Source: the human T2T-CHM13v2.0 reference genome, Homo sapiens
NCBI RefSeq assembly: GCF_009914755.1
Contig: NC_060939.1
Strand: one strand, 5' to 3'
Length of the DNA stretch: 64,000 nt
The position numbers and the translations under genes are program-made. This document shows positions 27,583-39,912 of the stretch, piece by piece. The notes below the pieces were generated by a model. That model was given only the letters and a program-made list of their open reading frames with translations, was not told where the DNA came from and searched no databases. Position 1 is the stretch's first letter; each line of letters begins with the position of its first letter.

Positions 27583-30500
27583 AACTTCTGCTTCCGGGAA
27601 GATGGAGGGAATATGGAGGTTGTTTACTTTGCCCTCTTCTTCTCACTAAGTGCACTGAAGCTCTAGACGTTACATGTAAAACAAACGTAGGATTCTAAAA
27701 GGTAGAGAAAAGAAGGCAGAGTAGCTGGTGGCCTCAGTACTCAAGGAAATCACAATAGTACGTTTTTGGGTTTTATTTGTATCTCATACATCCCAAACCA
27801 GATACTGAGGAAGTTGGCAATCCAGAAACACAAACTGGCACAGAGAAAAAAAAAAAAAAAATTCCAAGGAAAGCCTGCTCTCTCCAACCAAAGCACCAGG
27901 AAAGGAACAGCAAAGCCAGGCAGGAAACTTACAGGCAGTCACCAACCCTCTTCGGCAAAACACTGAAGAAATATACTTGCAGCCCAGCCCCACCCCTCAC
28001 CAGCAAGGGCCAGGTGGAGAGCTTAGATTTCCACCCTTGCCAGGCTGTAACAGGCACCCCAATCATCCCCACCCCACGGTGTCAGAGAAGGCTGTGAGGA
28101 GCTGGGGTGCTAATCCCCACCAGGTGGTGACAACATCCCCCATCACCATCAGTGGACAGCATGTGGGGAGCCTGGACTTCTGTCACCACCCAGCCTGGCA
28201 GTAATGAGACATGCATTCCCCATCTAACTAGGGCAGAATTGAAGCAGGCCTAGAGGAGAACCTGAAGTCCCAACGCTGCCCAGCAATAGCAAGGAGCCCC
28301 TGCTTACTGGGTGTCAACTGATTCTAAGTACAGCCCCCAGATTTCCACCCCACCAGGCAGCAATGAAGGGGCATCCCTGTTTACCCACCAGAGTGGCGTC
28401 AGAGGAGACCTTCCAACACACAAGATTGAAGTAAGATCCAGAGTCTTAAAACATAAAGACCCAAATATCCAGGCCACAATAAAAAATTACTCGTAATTAC
28501 CAAGACCAGAAAGATCGCAAACTCACTGAGACAAGACAACCAAGAGATGCCAACACTAGGATGACTCCAATGTTAGAATCATCTAACAAGGATTTGAAGG
28601 CAGTCATCATAAAAATGCTTCTGTGAGCAATTATAAATACACTTGAAACAAATGGAGTAATAGAAAGTTTCGGCAAAGAAATAAAAGACATGAGGAGAGC
28701 CAAATGAAAATTTTAGAACTTAAAAGTACAATACCTGAAATTTTAAAATAAAAAAAAAACTCAATGAATGGGCTCAACTGTAGAATGGAGAAGAGAGGAC
28801 AGGGGAAAGAATCAGGGAGAAGACAGAACAGTAGAAATTACCCACTCTGGAACAAAAGCCAAAGCAAAAGAAAATAGACTGAACAAAAGAACAGAGCCTC
28901 ATGGACATGTGAGGATTTTAACAGAAGATCCAACAGTCATGTCATCAGAATCCCGGGAGACTAGACAGAAGGCAAGACTGGAGGAGAACTCAAAGAAACA
29001 ATGGCTGAAAGCTTCTCAAACTGGCAGAAGACATAAATGTTCAGATTCAAGAAGTTGAAAACAAACAGGATATGCCCAGAGAAATCCATTCCAAGCTCAT
29101 CATAGTCAAGCTTATTAAAACTAAAGACAAAACAAAATAAAACCTTGGAAGTAGTCAAAGGGAAACATTGCCTTTAGGGGAAAAAAAAATCCAAAAGATA
29201 AAAATCACCAACGTCAGAAGGGAAACACAGAACATCACTACAGATCCTGCAGATATCAAAAAGATAATAAGGGGACATTATGAACAGCTCTAAACACATA
29301 CATTGGACAACTTAGATGAAAGGGACAAATCCTTGAAAAGTAGAAATTACCTCAACTTAATAGGAAATGCATAATTTGAATAGCCTTTTAACTATTAAGA
29401 AAATTCAATTCATAATTTTAAACTTCCCCAAAAAATAAATTTACAGGTTCAGATGGCTTCACTGGATAATTCTACCTAACATTTAAAGAATTAATACCAA
29501 TGCTACATAGTCCCTTCTAGAAAATAGAAAAGGGAACATTTTTTTAACACTTTTATGAAGCCTGTATTACCCTGACACCAAAACCAAAGACAGTGTTAAA
29601 AAAAGAAAAGTACGGACCAATGCCCATTATGAATGTGGATGCAAAAATTCTTCACAAAATATTAGCAAGTACAATTCTGCTATATGTAAAAGGAATTATA
29701 AGCCATGACCAAGTGGAATTTATTCCAGAGATGCAAAGTTGCTTCAGTTTCAATCATCAATCAATGTAATCCTCCTTATTAATAAACTAAAAAAGAAAAG
29801 TTACCTTATCATATCAATTGATACAGAAAAAAATTGACAAAATTCAATACCATGTTTTTCAAAAACTCTTAGAAAATTAAGAATAGGAGGGAACTTCCTC
29901 AATTGGGTAAAGAATATTGACAAAAACCTACAACTAACATCATTCTTGATGTTGAAGACTGTTTTCCCCTGAGATCAGGAACAAGGCAAGAATGTCCATT
30001 CTCAATATAATACTGCAAGTTCTATTCAAGAGCAACTATAATATCATTGTATTTAAAAAATACTATTCAATGTATTTAATATATTGCTGGCAATTCTAGC
30101 CAATGCAAGAAGGCAAGGAAATGAAATAAAAGGCACACAGATATGAAAGAAATAAATTAAACTGTCTCTATGTGTGGATCACATGACAATCTATACAGAA
30201 AATCCATAAAAGAAATGATTTATGAAAGAAAAATTGGTAAACTGGACCTCACCAAGATTAAAAACTTTTCTCTGAGAAATACCTAAGACAGTGATTCTAA
30301 AAAAAGCTACAGACTGAGAGAGGTATTTACAAATCACTTATCTGACAAAGGACTCATAGCTAGAATATATAAAGAATTCTCAGAACTCAACATGAAAAAG
30401 CAAACAATCCAAATAGAAAATGTATGAGATATGTGAAGAGACATTTCACTGAGGAAGATACACAGATGGCAAATAAGCACATGAAAAGATGTTCAACATC

Positions 30501-31372
30501 GTTAGCCATTAGGAAAATGAAAATTAGAGCAATGATAAGATGTCATTACACAGCTTTATGAACAGCAAAAATAAAAAATAGTGACAGTACCAAATTCAGA
30601 TTGGGATGCAGAGAAGGGGTATCTCTAATGTGTTGCCACTGAGAATGTAACATGGTACAATCACGCTGGAAACTAGTTTGTCAGTTTCTTTAAAAAAACT
30701 AGAAATACACTTATGAACCAGCAATTGAACTCCTGAACATTTAGTCTAGAGAGAGGAAACTTACATGCACATGAAAACTTGCTCATGATGTGTCATACCA
30801 ACTTTATTTGTAATGGCCCAAAACTGGATACAACCAAAGACTCTCAGTAAGTGGATACTTAAACATATATGGAGTACTACTAAGCTATACAAAGGAGCTC
30901 TCCTGAAACACGCAGCAACTCAGATGGATCTCAGGACATTATGCTGATTTAAAAAAAAAAAAAGCCAATCTCAAAAGATCATATTCTCTATGATTCCATT
31001 TATGTAACATTCTCAAAATGACAAAATTTTACAGGTGGAAGAGAGATTAGTGTTTGTCAGGGGTTAGAGATGGTGAAAAGGAAGAGAATGAGTGAGACTA
31101 CCATGGGTGCGTGGCATGAGGGAGACCTTTTGATGGAACAGGTGATGGAACAGGTTCGTATCTTGATTGTGGTAGTGGCTACTCAAGTCTACATGTGTGA
31201 CAAAATGCAGAACTATATACATACATTGTACTAACGTCAAGTATCTTGCTACAATTATGTAACATATTGCCATCGGGGGAAACTGGATGAAGGATACTAG
31301 GGTTTTCTCAGTACTATCTTTGTAACTTCCTGTGAATCTCTGATTATTTCAAAGCAAAAAGTTAAAAAAAAA
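27583..31372 (+). mobile_element. Internally deleted L1M (MD/MC-type) retaining 5'UTR, ORF1 remnant, ORF2 pieces and 3'UTR
   Basis: 5' start acttctgcttccgggaagatgg; ORF1-like gaaacaatggctgaaagcttctcaaa; ORF2 aacatcactacagatcctgcagatatcaaaaagata; 3' end aacttcctgtgaatctctgattatttcaaagcaaaaagttaaaaaaaa. Confidence 0.82.
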
Positions 31373-32249
31373 TAGGTAAAGTATAATTCCACTTTTACAG
31401 CACTTAAAAACTGGCAATAGTTAATCTGTGGTGTTAGAAGTCAGTATAGTGGCTACACACCATAGGGCAGTTACTAGAAGGAACAAAGAGGGCTTCTGGG
31501 CACAGGTGATGTCCTGGTCTTTGGACTGAGGCCAGTTACATGGGTGTATTCAAATGCCTTGCATGAAACTGAACATTTAAAATATTTGCATTTTTCTGCA
31601 GGTGTGCAGGTGTGTTATATTGTTGATTAAAAGGTCATAATGAATTAAGTGAAAAAAGCATTTGGTTGTATATGAGATTACCTGTGAGTACTATAAATAA
31701 ATATGTTCTGGAAGGCATCCTTTGCAGAGGGCGACTGGGAGGTAAAGGCATAGAGAGAGGCCTACTTCCTGTTTTATACTTTTCTATGCTGTTTGAATTT
31801 TTTCAAATACTCACTATGGAGCCTCCAGCCAGAAAGCCAGCTTTCACCTTTTCCACTGTCTGGGTCCCTCTTGGCCTTGGGCTGGCTCCTATGACGTCAC
31901 TTACCACCTCTAGAGGATGGGGCTTTTAAGCCTCTAACCGACCGAGTCTAGACAGCTGTTAGTTGTGGGCAGTGAAGCATTTAATCAATCACTGTGGCTT
32001 TTATCCATAATGCAAATGCTTTCCTGGAATGACAGGGCTACTGGGCCTCACCCTGGGCAGAGTGGCAGGTGGGTGGGCTTTTCTTTTCTGATCATATTGA
32101 ATGTATGAGTCTACCGTCCTTCACCTGATCCCAGCCCCTTAGACTGTTCCTCTCCTCACGTGTCAGACATACCTCCCACTGCCAGCCCATTCACTCCACT
32201 AACAGAACCTGAGCCTTCCTCCAAGTCCCATGTTTCCAGGAAGTATTGG

Positions 32250-32480
32250 ATGCAACAGAGACTCTTGGGCTTTAGAGCTAGACACATCCCAGTTCAAACT
32301 CTGAGTAGTTCTGCTGATGATAAACTCCCTAACCATGGGCAAGCTTTTATTTCCTCTTCCATAACATAGAAATACAGGCACATTCCTGGCATGACTGTTA
32401 GGAGGATTGAATGTGGCCATGTGAATAAAGTACTCAGTCCAGCATCTGGCACCTGGTGAGAGCTTTGATAAATGTTCACT
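32250..32480 (+). mobile_element. MIR
   Basis: ttgggctttagagctagac...gttcaaactct...gttaggaggattgaatg...ggcacctggtgagagctttgataaatg. Confidence 0.7.
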
Positions 32481-32649
32481 CCCTTTCCTGGGGGCTCCAT
32501 TTTACCCATTCCTGCCCAACTTACCTAAAATGATCTCCAAACACACTTGTGTTATAAACTATTCAGCAAGTCAAATGTGCTTGTCGGGGGCTGTTTATGC
32601 ATATTCCCACCTCAAACTTAATTGTAAATCTGTGGAGGCCAGAAATGGC

Positions 32650-32886
32650 CCCTGGCATCCTCAGTGCCCAGTCCCACCTGTCACACACAGTAGATCCTCA
32701 GTAGGTGTTGATGGGGGCACTCGCCATCCCTGGCATCCTGAGTGCCCAGTCCCACTCTCACACACAGTAGATCCTCAGTAGGTGTTGATGGGGGGCACTC
32801 GCCATCCCTGTCATCCTGAGTCCCCAGTCCCACTCTCACACACAGTAGATCCTCAGTAGGTGTTGATGGGGGACACTGGCCATCCC
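32650..32886 (+). repeat. Minisatellite, 3 x 78 bp, derived from an L2 3' end
   Basis: Units start at 32650, 32728 and 32806: ccctggcatcctgagtgcccagtcccactctcacacacagtagatcctcagtaggtgttgatggggggcactcgccat. Confidence 0.95.
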
Positions 32887-33499
32887 ATTCCAATAGGGGA
32901 TCCCCATCTACCTGCTTGACCACACTGATGTTCAAGCCCACAGGAGGCAGCCAGCTTCCAAAGGACTTGACATTTCAGAAACGCAATCAAACACTTGACA
33001 TGCCAATCTAGCAGCTATCTGAGCATCCTTTTCTCAGACCCAGAGAGCTCGTGATAAGTCAAGGCCACTTTTACACTGGTCAATGATAGCCACTTACTAG
33101 CTATGTGGTCTTGGGCAAGCTCTGAAGCCTCTCTGAACCTCCACATCCTTGTTCATATATTAACACATGGCCCTCCTCCTGGGACCTTTACATACCAGAA
33201 GGACTGGAATGAGCAGGAACTCAGGCTTAGGTCCAGTTTCCACCATATCCTTTCCTTCCTCTGGGCCACCAAGTCAAGAGTCCCTCTGCATGCTGCTGGA
33301 GGATCTTTGTCCCAGGATTCAGATCTGTGAAGTCCCCTGGTGTGTCACATTCCATTTATGAATACATTGCAGGATGGTTCTTCAGAGAGCTGGTTCCCTT
33401 CCCCCTTCGCAAGGCTGACTTAACATGTACCAAGTGGTTACTGAGCTCTGGCTCTATGCCAGAAGGGGCTATGCACACTGTCCCCTTCCTCATGAAGCA

Positions 33500-34090
33500 G
33501 GTAGTCGAGAGCAGCAAATGCGAGCCACATGTATATATCATATTTTCTAGTAGCCACATTAAAGCAGTAAACAAGCACACACCTATAATCACAGGTATTC
33601 CGGTTGGAGGATCAGTTGAGCTCAGAAGTTCGAGACCAGCCCTGGCAACATAGCAAGATCTGGTCTCTACAAAAAAAATAAACAAAATTAGCCGGTGTGG
33701 TGGCATGTGCCTGCAGTCCCAGCTACGCAGGAAGCTGAGGCAGGGGGATCACTTTAGCCTGGGAGGTCAAGGCTGCAGTGAGCTGAGATTGCACTACTGC
33801 ACTCCAGCTTGGGTAACAGAGAGAGACCCTGTCAAAAAAAATAAATAAAATAAAGGAGCAAACAGAAACAAACAAATAAAATGTTAATATTATTTAACAT
33901 GAATATATTAAAATCATTGTTTCAACATGTAATCAACATAAATTATTGATGAGCTAGCTTACCCTTTCTGTACTAGGTCTTTGAATTCACGTGTGATTTT
34001 ATACTCTCCACCTCTCACTTCTGAGGAGCCACATTTCAAGTGCTGCCCAGTCACACTTGGCAGGTGCTGCCGTTCTGGACAACACAACTC
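33500..34090. mobile_element. hAT-Charlie MER33-like element interrupted by AluJ
   Basis: gagccacatgtat...ttttctagtagccacattaaa ... tttcaacatgtaatcaa ... gccacatttcaagtgct...gccgttctggacaacaca. Confidence 0.75.
33579..33854 (+). mobile_element. AluJ with damaged 5' end
   Basis: ggaggatcagttgagctcagaagttcgagaccagcc...gggaggtcaaggctgcagtgagc. Confidence 0.88.
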
Positions 34091-34188
34091 CAGTCCTGCT
34101 CCGGGACCTGGTGAAGCGTTTAACGTCAGTTGTCTTGGCAGTTCCTAATAGAGCCAGTCTCACTGGAGCCCTGTTCTGTTTTGACCAG

Positions 34189-34360
34189 GGCCAGCTTCTG
34201 AGCATCCCGGCAGCCTATGGGGATCTGGAGATGGTCCGCTACCTACTCAGCAAGAGACTGGTGGAGCTGCCCACCGAGCCCACGGATGACAACCCAGCCG
34301 TGGTGGCAGCGTATTTTGGACACACGGCAGTTGTGCAGGAATTGCTTGAGTCCTTACCAG
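34189..34360 (+). CDS. LRRK1: LRRK1 coding exon (probably exon 4; 172 nt, phase 0-1), ankyrin repeats [20 protein letters not shown]...[18 protein letters not shown]
   Basis: Acceptor ctgttttgaccag|GGC and donor CCAG|gtaaat. Ankyrin motifs AAxxG-x-xxVxxLL; frame continuous with neighbouring exons. Confidence 0.97.
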
Positions 34361-34614
34361 GTAAATCACAGGGCATGAGCTCTTAACCGTGTCTCAGGGC
34401 ACCCTCTTCTTAGGCTTCACCCCAAAATGTTTACTTCTTCATGCTTTCACCAATAATGAGATCAAGAAATACAGGGTAGGCCATTGACACCCAAACAAAG
34501 TGAAGCTTGCCTGCCAGCCACATTCCACCTCTCACTCCCATGAACTCATAAGGGAAATTCTCAAACACCATATTTCATAAAGAATGTAATTAACATTGCT
34601 TTTTAAAAAAATAA

Positions 34615-35375
34615 TTAATAGACCTTGGTCTTTTTAGAGAAGTTTTAGATTTATGGAAAAAATCGATTGGAATGTACGGAGTTCCAGAATTAATGATTTG
34701 GAGGTATGTTAACAGAAAACAGGTGATCGCTAAATCACTTACACAAGAATATCTAGGTAAGAGAGACAGTAATCATGCTAGTAACTTCTATTGAGATGGG
34801 GATGCATCAGTCTCAGGAGGCAGGTGCTATATTTCAGAACCATGGTTTTAAGATGACGAAAACAAAGCTCAGAGAGGTGACCTCCACTGTGCGCCCTCCA
34901 CATGGTTTTCCCTATAACTCTGTTTTGTGTTAGTGTGGGACATTTGTGACAACTGATCAACTAATATTGATACCTTCTTACTAACTAAAGTCCATCGCTT
35001 ACGTTGCAATTCATTCTTGCTGTTGTACATCCCATCGGTTTTGACAAACGGATAATGACACGTGTCCATCATGACAGTATTACATAGAGCAGTTTCACTG
35101 CCCTAAAAATCCTCTGTGCTCCACCCCTCCCCTGGCCCCATCCCTCCCTCCCTCCCTCCCTCCCCTGGCCCCTGGCAACTACTGATCTTTTTTACTATCT
35201 TTGCCTTTTCCAGAACATCGCTCTAGTTGGAATCCCACAGTCTGTAGCCGTTTCAAACTCACTTCTTTCCCATAGCGATATGCATTTAAGGTTTCTCCAT
35301 GCCTTTTTGTGACTTGATAGCTCATTTCTTTTAATGGCTGAATAATATTCCATTGTATTGGTGTACCACACTATG
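34615..35375 (-). mobile_element. L1MC-type 3'UTR fragment interrupted by a ~195-bp foreign insert (34684-34878)
   Basis: tttttagagaagttttagatttatggaaaaa...gagttcc [insert] ...gacatttgtgacaactgat...cagtttcactgccctaaaaatcctctgtgctc. Confidence 0.8.
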
Positions 35376-35551
35376 TTGCTTTTGTAGGAACTATTTTTTT
35401 CTCTGGTGAACTCAAGATGTCCTGGTCTCCTGTAATTTCCCGTGGTGGTCTTGGCTCAGAAACACTGCACCAGTCTAGGCAGGCATCGCTACAGCTATAG
35501 GGTGAGGCACACCCTAGCCATGGTCTTTGGGATTTGAGATTTTGCTTGGGA

Positions 35552-35729
35552 GCCAGGGCCCACCTCTTGGGTGGGAGAACATGCAGTCACCCAGGGCCCT
35601 GCACCTAGAAGGGCCCACGTTACGTTTAATACTCTGTACTCACTATCTTAAAATGTTTCATGATTTTTAAACAAGAAGCCCCATTCTTTTCATTTTGCAT
35701 TGGGCCTCACCCCTTATATAGTGGTCCTG
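35552..35729. mobile_element. MER91-like hAT-Tip100 remnant
   Basis: gcagtcacccagggccctgcacctagaagggccc...tttaatactctg...ttcattttgcattgggcctcac. Confidence 0.7.
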
Positions 35730-36578
35730 TTTGAGGGTTTCCAGCTGTGGGCTTTGATAGATCTGTGCTCAGCGTTGGTTCCAAGCTAGTGTTCCCCTCA
35801 TGTGTCTGAAGGCAGAATGAGGTTATGGGCAGAAATCAGGGCAATTTTAGGGCCCATGAGAAGCATACTAAGACAAGACATAGGAGGGCAGAGAGGAGCT
35901 TGGGTGCTCCTGAGGAGCCAAAGGCTGACCTGCCTCTTCTCAGGGAGCCCCAAGATTAGCTCTGTTCTAGCCCTGAAGAGTCTGCACCAGCTGACTCCAT
36001 CACCTAATGTTAGCTAATATTTATTGAATACTGTCAAGTGCTGAAAACTGTGTAGAACGTGAGAGACAGATAATTTTTTTAAAGATTTTCCCAGCCATTT
36101 AGTACCTCCTGGCCAAGCAGGGGAAATTGAGGCAGAAAGGAGTAACACTGTGCAATGTAACTACACTGAGGTTGAAGTATTTTTACGCAGAGGCCTGGGA
36201 GCACACATCAGGGGGCAGGGTAGGGTCTCCGAAGGGAGGCTGACATCTGACCTGGGCTTTGCAGAGTGAATAGGAGTTTACTTGGCAGACAAGTGAAGGA
36301 AGGACTTGGGTTGCCTGCTTTTGCAGAGCAGGAAGTGTGGCTGAACCTCGTCATGGTTTTCAACTGCTCCCAGGAGCATCGTATCTTCAGCTCAACTCTG
36401 AGCAAAGCTGCTGAGGACTGAAGGATTTCAGACCATTGTGGTGGGCTTTGCAGAAAGTGCAGAGATGGGCAAAACAGTGTGTACCCATCCCTGCACTTCC
36501 TGCAAAGGAGTTCCCAAGCTGGAAGGGAAGTCAGCCATGGTCAGGAGTAAGTCAAGACAAGAAGACAAACAAGAGTCA

Positions 36579-36880
36579 GGCTGGACATGGTGGCTCATGC
36601 CTGTAATCCCAACAATTTGGGAGGCCAAGGCAAGAGGATCACTTGAGCCCAGGATTTCATGACCAGCCTGGGTAACATAGTGAGACCCTGTATCTACAAA
36701 AAAAAAAAAAATTTAAATTAACCAGGCATGGTGGCACATGCCTATATTCCCAGGTACTTGGGAGGGTGAAGTGGGAGAATGGCTTAAGCCCAGGAGTCCA
36801 AGGCTGCAGTCAGCTATGATCACATTACTGCACTCCAGGCTGAGATAGAAGGAGACCCTGTCTCAAACAAAAAACAAAAA
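36579..36880 (+). mobile_element. AluJ
   Basis: aggatcacttgagcccagga...aggagtccaaggctgcagt. Confidence 0.9.
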
Positions 36881-37154
36881 CAAGAAGCAGCTAGAGAACA
36901 AAGGAGGGTTTGAGAAGAAGAGGGATGAGAGGTTGATGGGATGCATTCTTTGAAGCACGTTGTTATGTGATTCCTGGTCTCTGAAGCTGAGCAGGGAGGA
37001 AGAGGGGCTCCTCTGAGTGTCGTTGGCCTTAGGCTGTAGAGAGTACCTGTAGGGGTTTTGTGTGGTTAAGAGAGCACCCTTTGATTTTAGACAAAGCAAG
37101 GTTTAAGTCTTGACCTTGCTATTTACTAACTGTGGGACCTTCAAGAAGTTTCCC

Positions 37155-37572
37155 TGCCAGGTGTGTCCCACAGACCCTGGCTGATGGATGAAATGAGTAC
37201 TCAGACACAGGTGTACGGTGTAAGAGCAGCTGAGTCACTACCTGGCTCTGTTGGCCAGAGAGCAGCCCGAAGAAGCTAGAGCTGCTTGCTTTCATTCAGT
37301 GCAGGCACAATGCCGAAAACCTGGAGCCAACACAACCTGTAGGTAATTAACATTTATTGTTCCCCTTTCAGGGAACATCAAGCCAGCAGATGATCAAAGG
37401 TCAGTTCCTGGTCAACATAAGTAAACAAGCCTGTTTAAGATACATTCCCCTACACTCCTTGCCCTCTGCCTTCAGCTGTTCTCCCCCAGGGCTCTGCAGA
37501 AGCTTCCAAACTTTCAGAAGGTTTGTGTCCTTTCCCTGTAGTTTTTCCTACCACTCTGACCAATCTCCTACA
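37155..37572 (-). mobile_element. HERV-K(HML-5) LTR22-family solo LTR inserted into a MIR
   Basis: The reverse strand reads TGTAGGAGATTGGTCAGAGTGGTAGGAAAAACTACAGGGAAAGG...GGGACACACCTGGCA. TSD tttccc/tttcca. MIR halves lie on both sides (ctgtgggaccttcaagaagtttcc | aacctctctgagctttggtttcctcatct). Confidence 0.85.
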
Positions 37573-38289
37573 TTTCCAAACCTCTCTGAGCTTTGGTTTC
37601 CTCATCTTAAAATCATGGTCCTGAAATATAATGCCTGCCTCCAAAGACTGACACATCCCCATCTCAACAGAAGTTACTAGCATGGTTACTGTGTTTCTCT
37701 TACCCAGATATTCTTGTGTAAGTGGATTAGGGGTCACTTATTTTCTGTTAACATACCTACAAATCATTAATTCTGGTTAACAGTAGAGGGAGAAGAAGGG
37801 ATATTTACTTGGCACTGGCTCCAGCCTCAGCCCTATGCTACATGCTTTATTTGGTGAATACAGGGCCATCCTGACCCCGGTTTCCTGATCAATGTCCTGT
37901 CGCGAAGGAGAGAGTCACTCTCTCCTCACTTGGGAGCACTTTGATCCCTAGGACTATGTGCCTCTGGAAATGAGGCAGTGTTATGATGCATTTGGGAAGT
38001 GTCCCTGCAGAAGATGAGGTCATTTTTCCATGGCAACTAGACCCAAAAGATATTGCACTATTTTGAACTTGAAGATATTGTAACATTTCAACCCACACTG
38101 CCCCCGTCAATTCAATGTGCTAAGTGTTATTTCATCCTGGAATTAAGTAGGTGGTTCTACTGGGGAGAAATTGTCACTTTTAGGCCTGACAGATCTTTCA
38201 CCAAAGCTTTTATTATTATTATTCATGAAAGTAATATATGTATATTATAGATAATTTTAAAATGTGGGAAAGTGTCAGTACTTTAATAA

Positions 38290-38520
38290 TACAATGACAC
38301 AACATCATGAGTTAGGGTTTATTGATCCAGGCACTTGACATGCATTTTGTGATGTAGTCCTCACATTAAACTTGGAAGAATGAGTATTATTATTCCGATT
38401 TTACCAACAGGCAAACTGAAACAGAGAGAGATTAAGAAATGTGTCCAAAATTACATACTAAATTATTTTATTTCTAAAATGCCTGTCTCCAAAGTTCATA
38501 CTCCTGCATGTAATGTTACC
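38290..38520 (-). mobile_element. MIR
   Basis: tattattattccgattttaccaacaggcaaactgaaacagagagagattaagaaatgtgtccaa. Confidence 0.7.
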
Positions 38521-38792
38521 CTAGGGGAGGGGTGAGGGCAGGGGAGAGCCCAGAGAAAATACCACAATGCTGGGGTAGTTGTTTCTAGTCTTATTTCCAC
38601 ACACCCATTTTTTATTTGGCTAAGATCATGCTGGATACGCCATTTTTAATCCTCCATTTCATCACTCGGCATTATCCGACAAGCAGGTGGGTGACTGATG
38701 TGGGGAAATGTCATATGCAATTCAGAGAGACTATTCCAGAAAACACTATCAACTCAACAGAAGCAACTTTCAGCTGGAAACAGGACAGCTGG

Positions 38793-39206
38793 GTTTTGTT
38801 TTGTTTTGTTTAACTTTTACTTTAGGTTCAGGGGTACATATGCAGGTTTGTTACGTGGGTAAACTGCATGTTGCCGGGGTTCGGCATGCAGATTATTTCG
38901 TCACCTGGGTAATAAGCATGGGACTCAATAGGTAATTTTTTAACCTTCCCCCTTTCCCTCCCTCCACCATCAAGTAGTCCCCAGTGTCTATTGTTCCCTT
39001 CTTTGTGTCCACGTGCATTCAATGTTTAGCTCCCCCTTATAAGTGATAACATGCAGTATTTGGTTTTCTGTTGTTGCGTTAGTTCACTTAGGATAATGAC
39101 CTCCAGCTCCATCCATGATGCTGCAAAGTACATGATCTCATTCTTTTTTATGGCTGTATAGTATTCCATGGTGCAAATGTACCACATTTTATTTAACCAG
39201 TCCATT
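38793..39206 (-). mobile_element. Older L1PA/L1PB 3'UTR fragment ending about 90 nt before an LRRK1 exon
   Basis: aacttttactttaggttcaggggtacatatgcaggtttgttac...gtattccatggtgcaaatgtaccacatttt. Confidence 0.9.
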
Positions 39207-39293
39207 GCTACTAGCGGTCTAAGGGAAGAGCAGAGTGGGAACAAACAGCACCCTTCAGTGGCACTTTCCCTTTGTCCTGCCATCTCCTGCCAG

Positions 39294-39473
39294 GTCCCTG
39301 CAGTCCCCAGCGGCTTCTGAACTGGATGCTGGCCTTGGCTTGCCAGCGAGGGCACCTGGGGGTTGTGAAGCTCCTGGTCCTGACGCACGGGGCTGACCCG
39401 GAGAGCTACGCTGTCAGGAAGAATGAGTTCCCTGTCATCGTGCGCTTGCCCCTGTATGCGGCCATCAAGTCAG
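39294..39473 (+). CDS. LRRK1: LRRK1 coding exon (probably exon 5; 180 nt, phase 1-1), ankyrin repeats (G)[28 protein letters not shown]...LPLYAAIKS
   Basis: Acceptor catctcctgccag|GT and donor TCAG|gtgggt. Ankyrin motif [14 protein letters not shown]. Confidence 0.97.
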
Positions 39474-39912
39474 GTGGGTTTCCCCACTACCCTGAGTCAA
39501 CCCTGACCGTGCAAACCATCTCAGCCTCCAGATGTGGGACTGTGTCTTTATTCTCACTCTTGGCTCTCAAATTACCTCTGTGAGGAGACTTTTGCAACTC
39601 CTGTTCTATGTTTCTTTTTCAAAATATCTGCACCCTTCCTCATTTTCTCCTTACTTGCCCCCGCAAGGGGATTTCAGTGACAGAGACTGACTGTGGCTAA
39701 TGGGACTGTTGTACGAGGCACTCCAAAGGGCAAAGCCCCACAGAAATTCTCCCACTAACAGAAACTTGGTGCACCAAGGGAAGTAAATAGAGAAGTCCAA
39801 CATGCACAAGTACCTTTTCAGTTTCCATTCCACATATCAGAGTCTGCCCTTCCAACGACTGTGACACTCTCTGCATCTGCATGCCCTTAGCTTTTTGGTT
39901 TTGTTCCTTTAG

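Noticed and set aside
32650-32886. CRISPR-like look of the regularly spaced repeats
   Set aside because: Units are contiguous tandem copies with no unique spacers; human intron; no cas genes.
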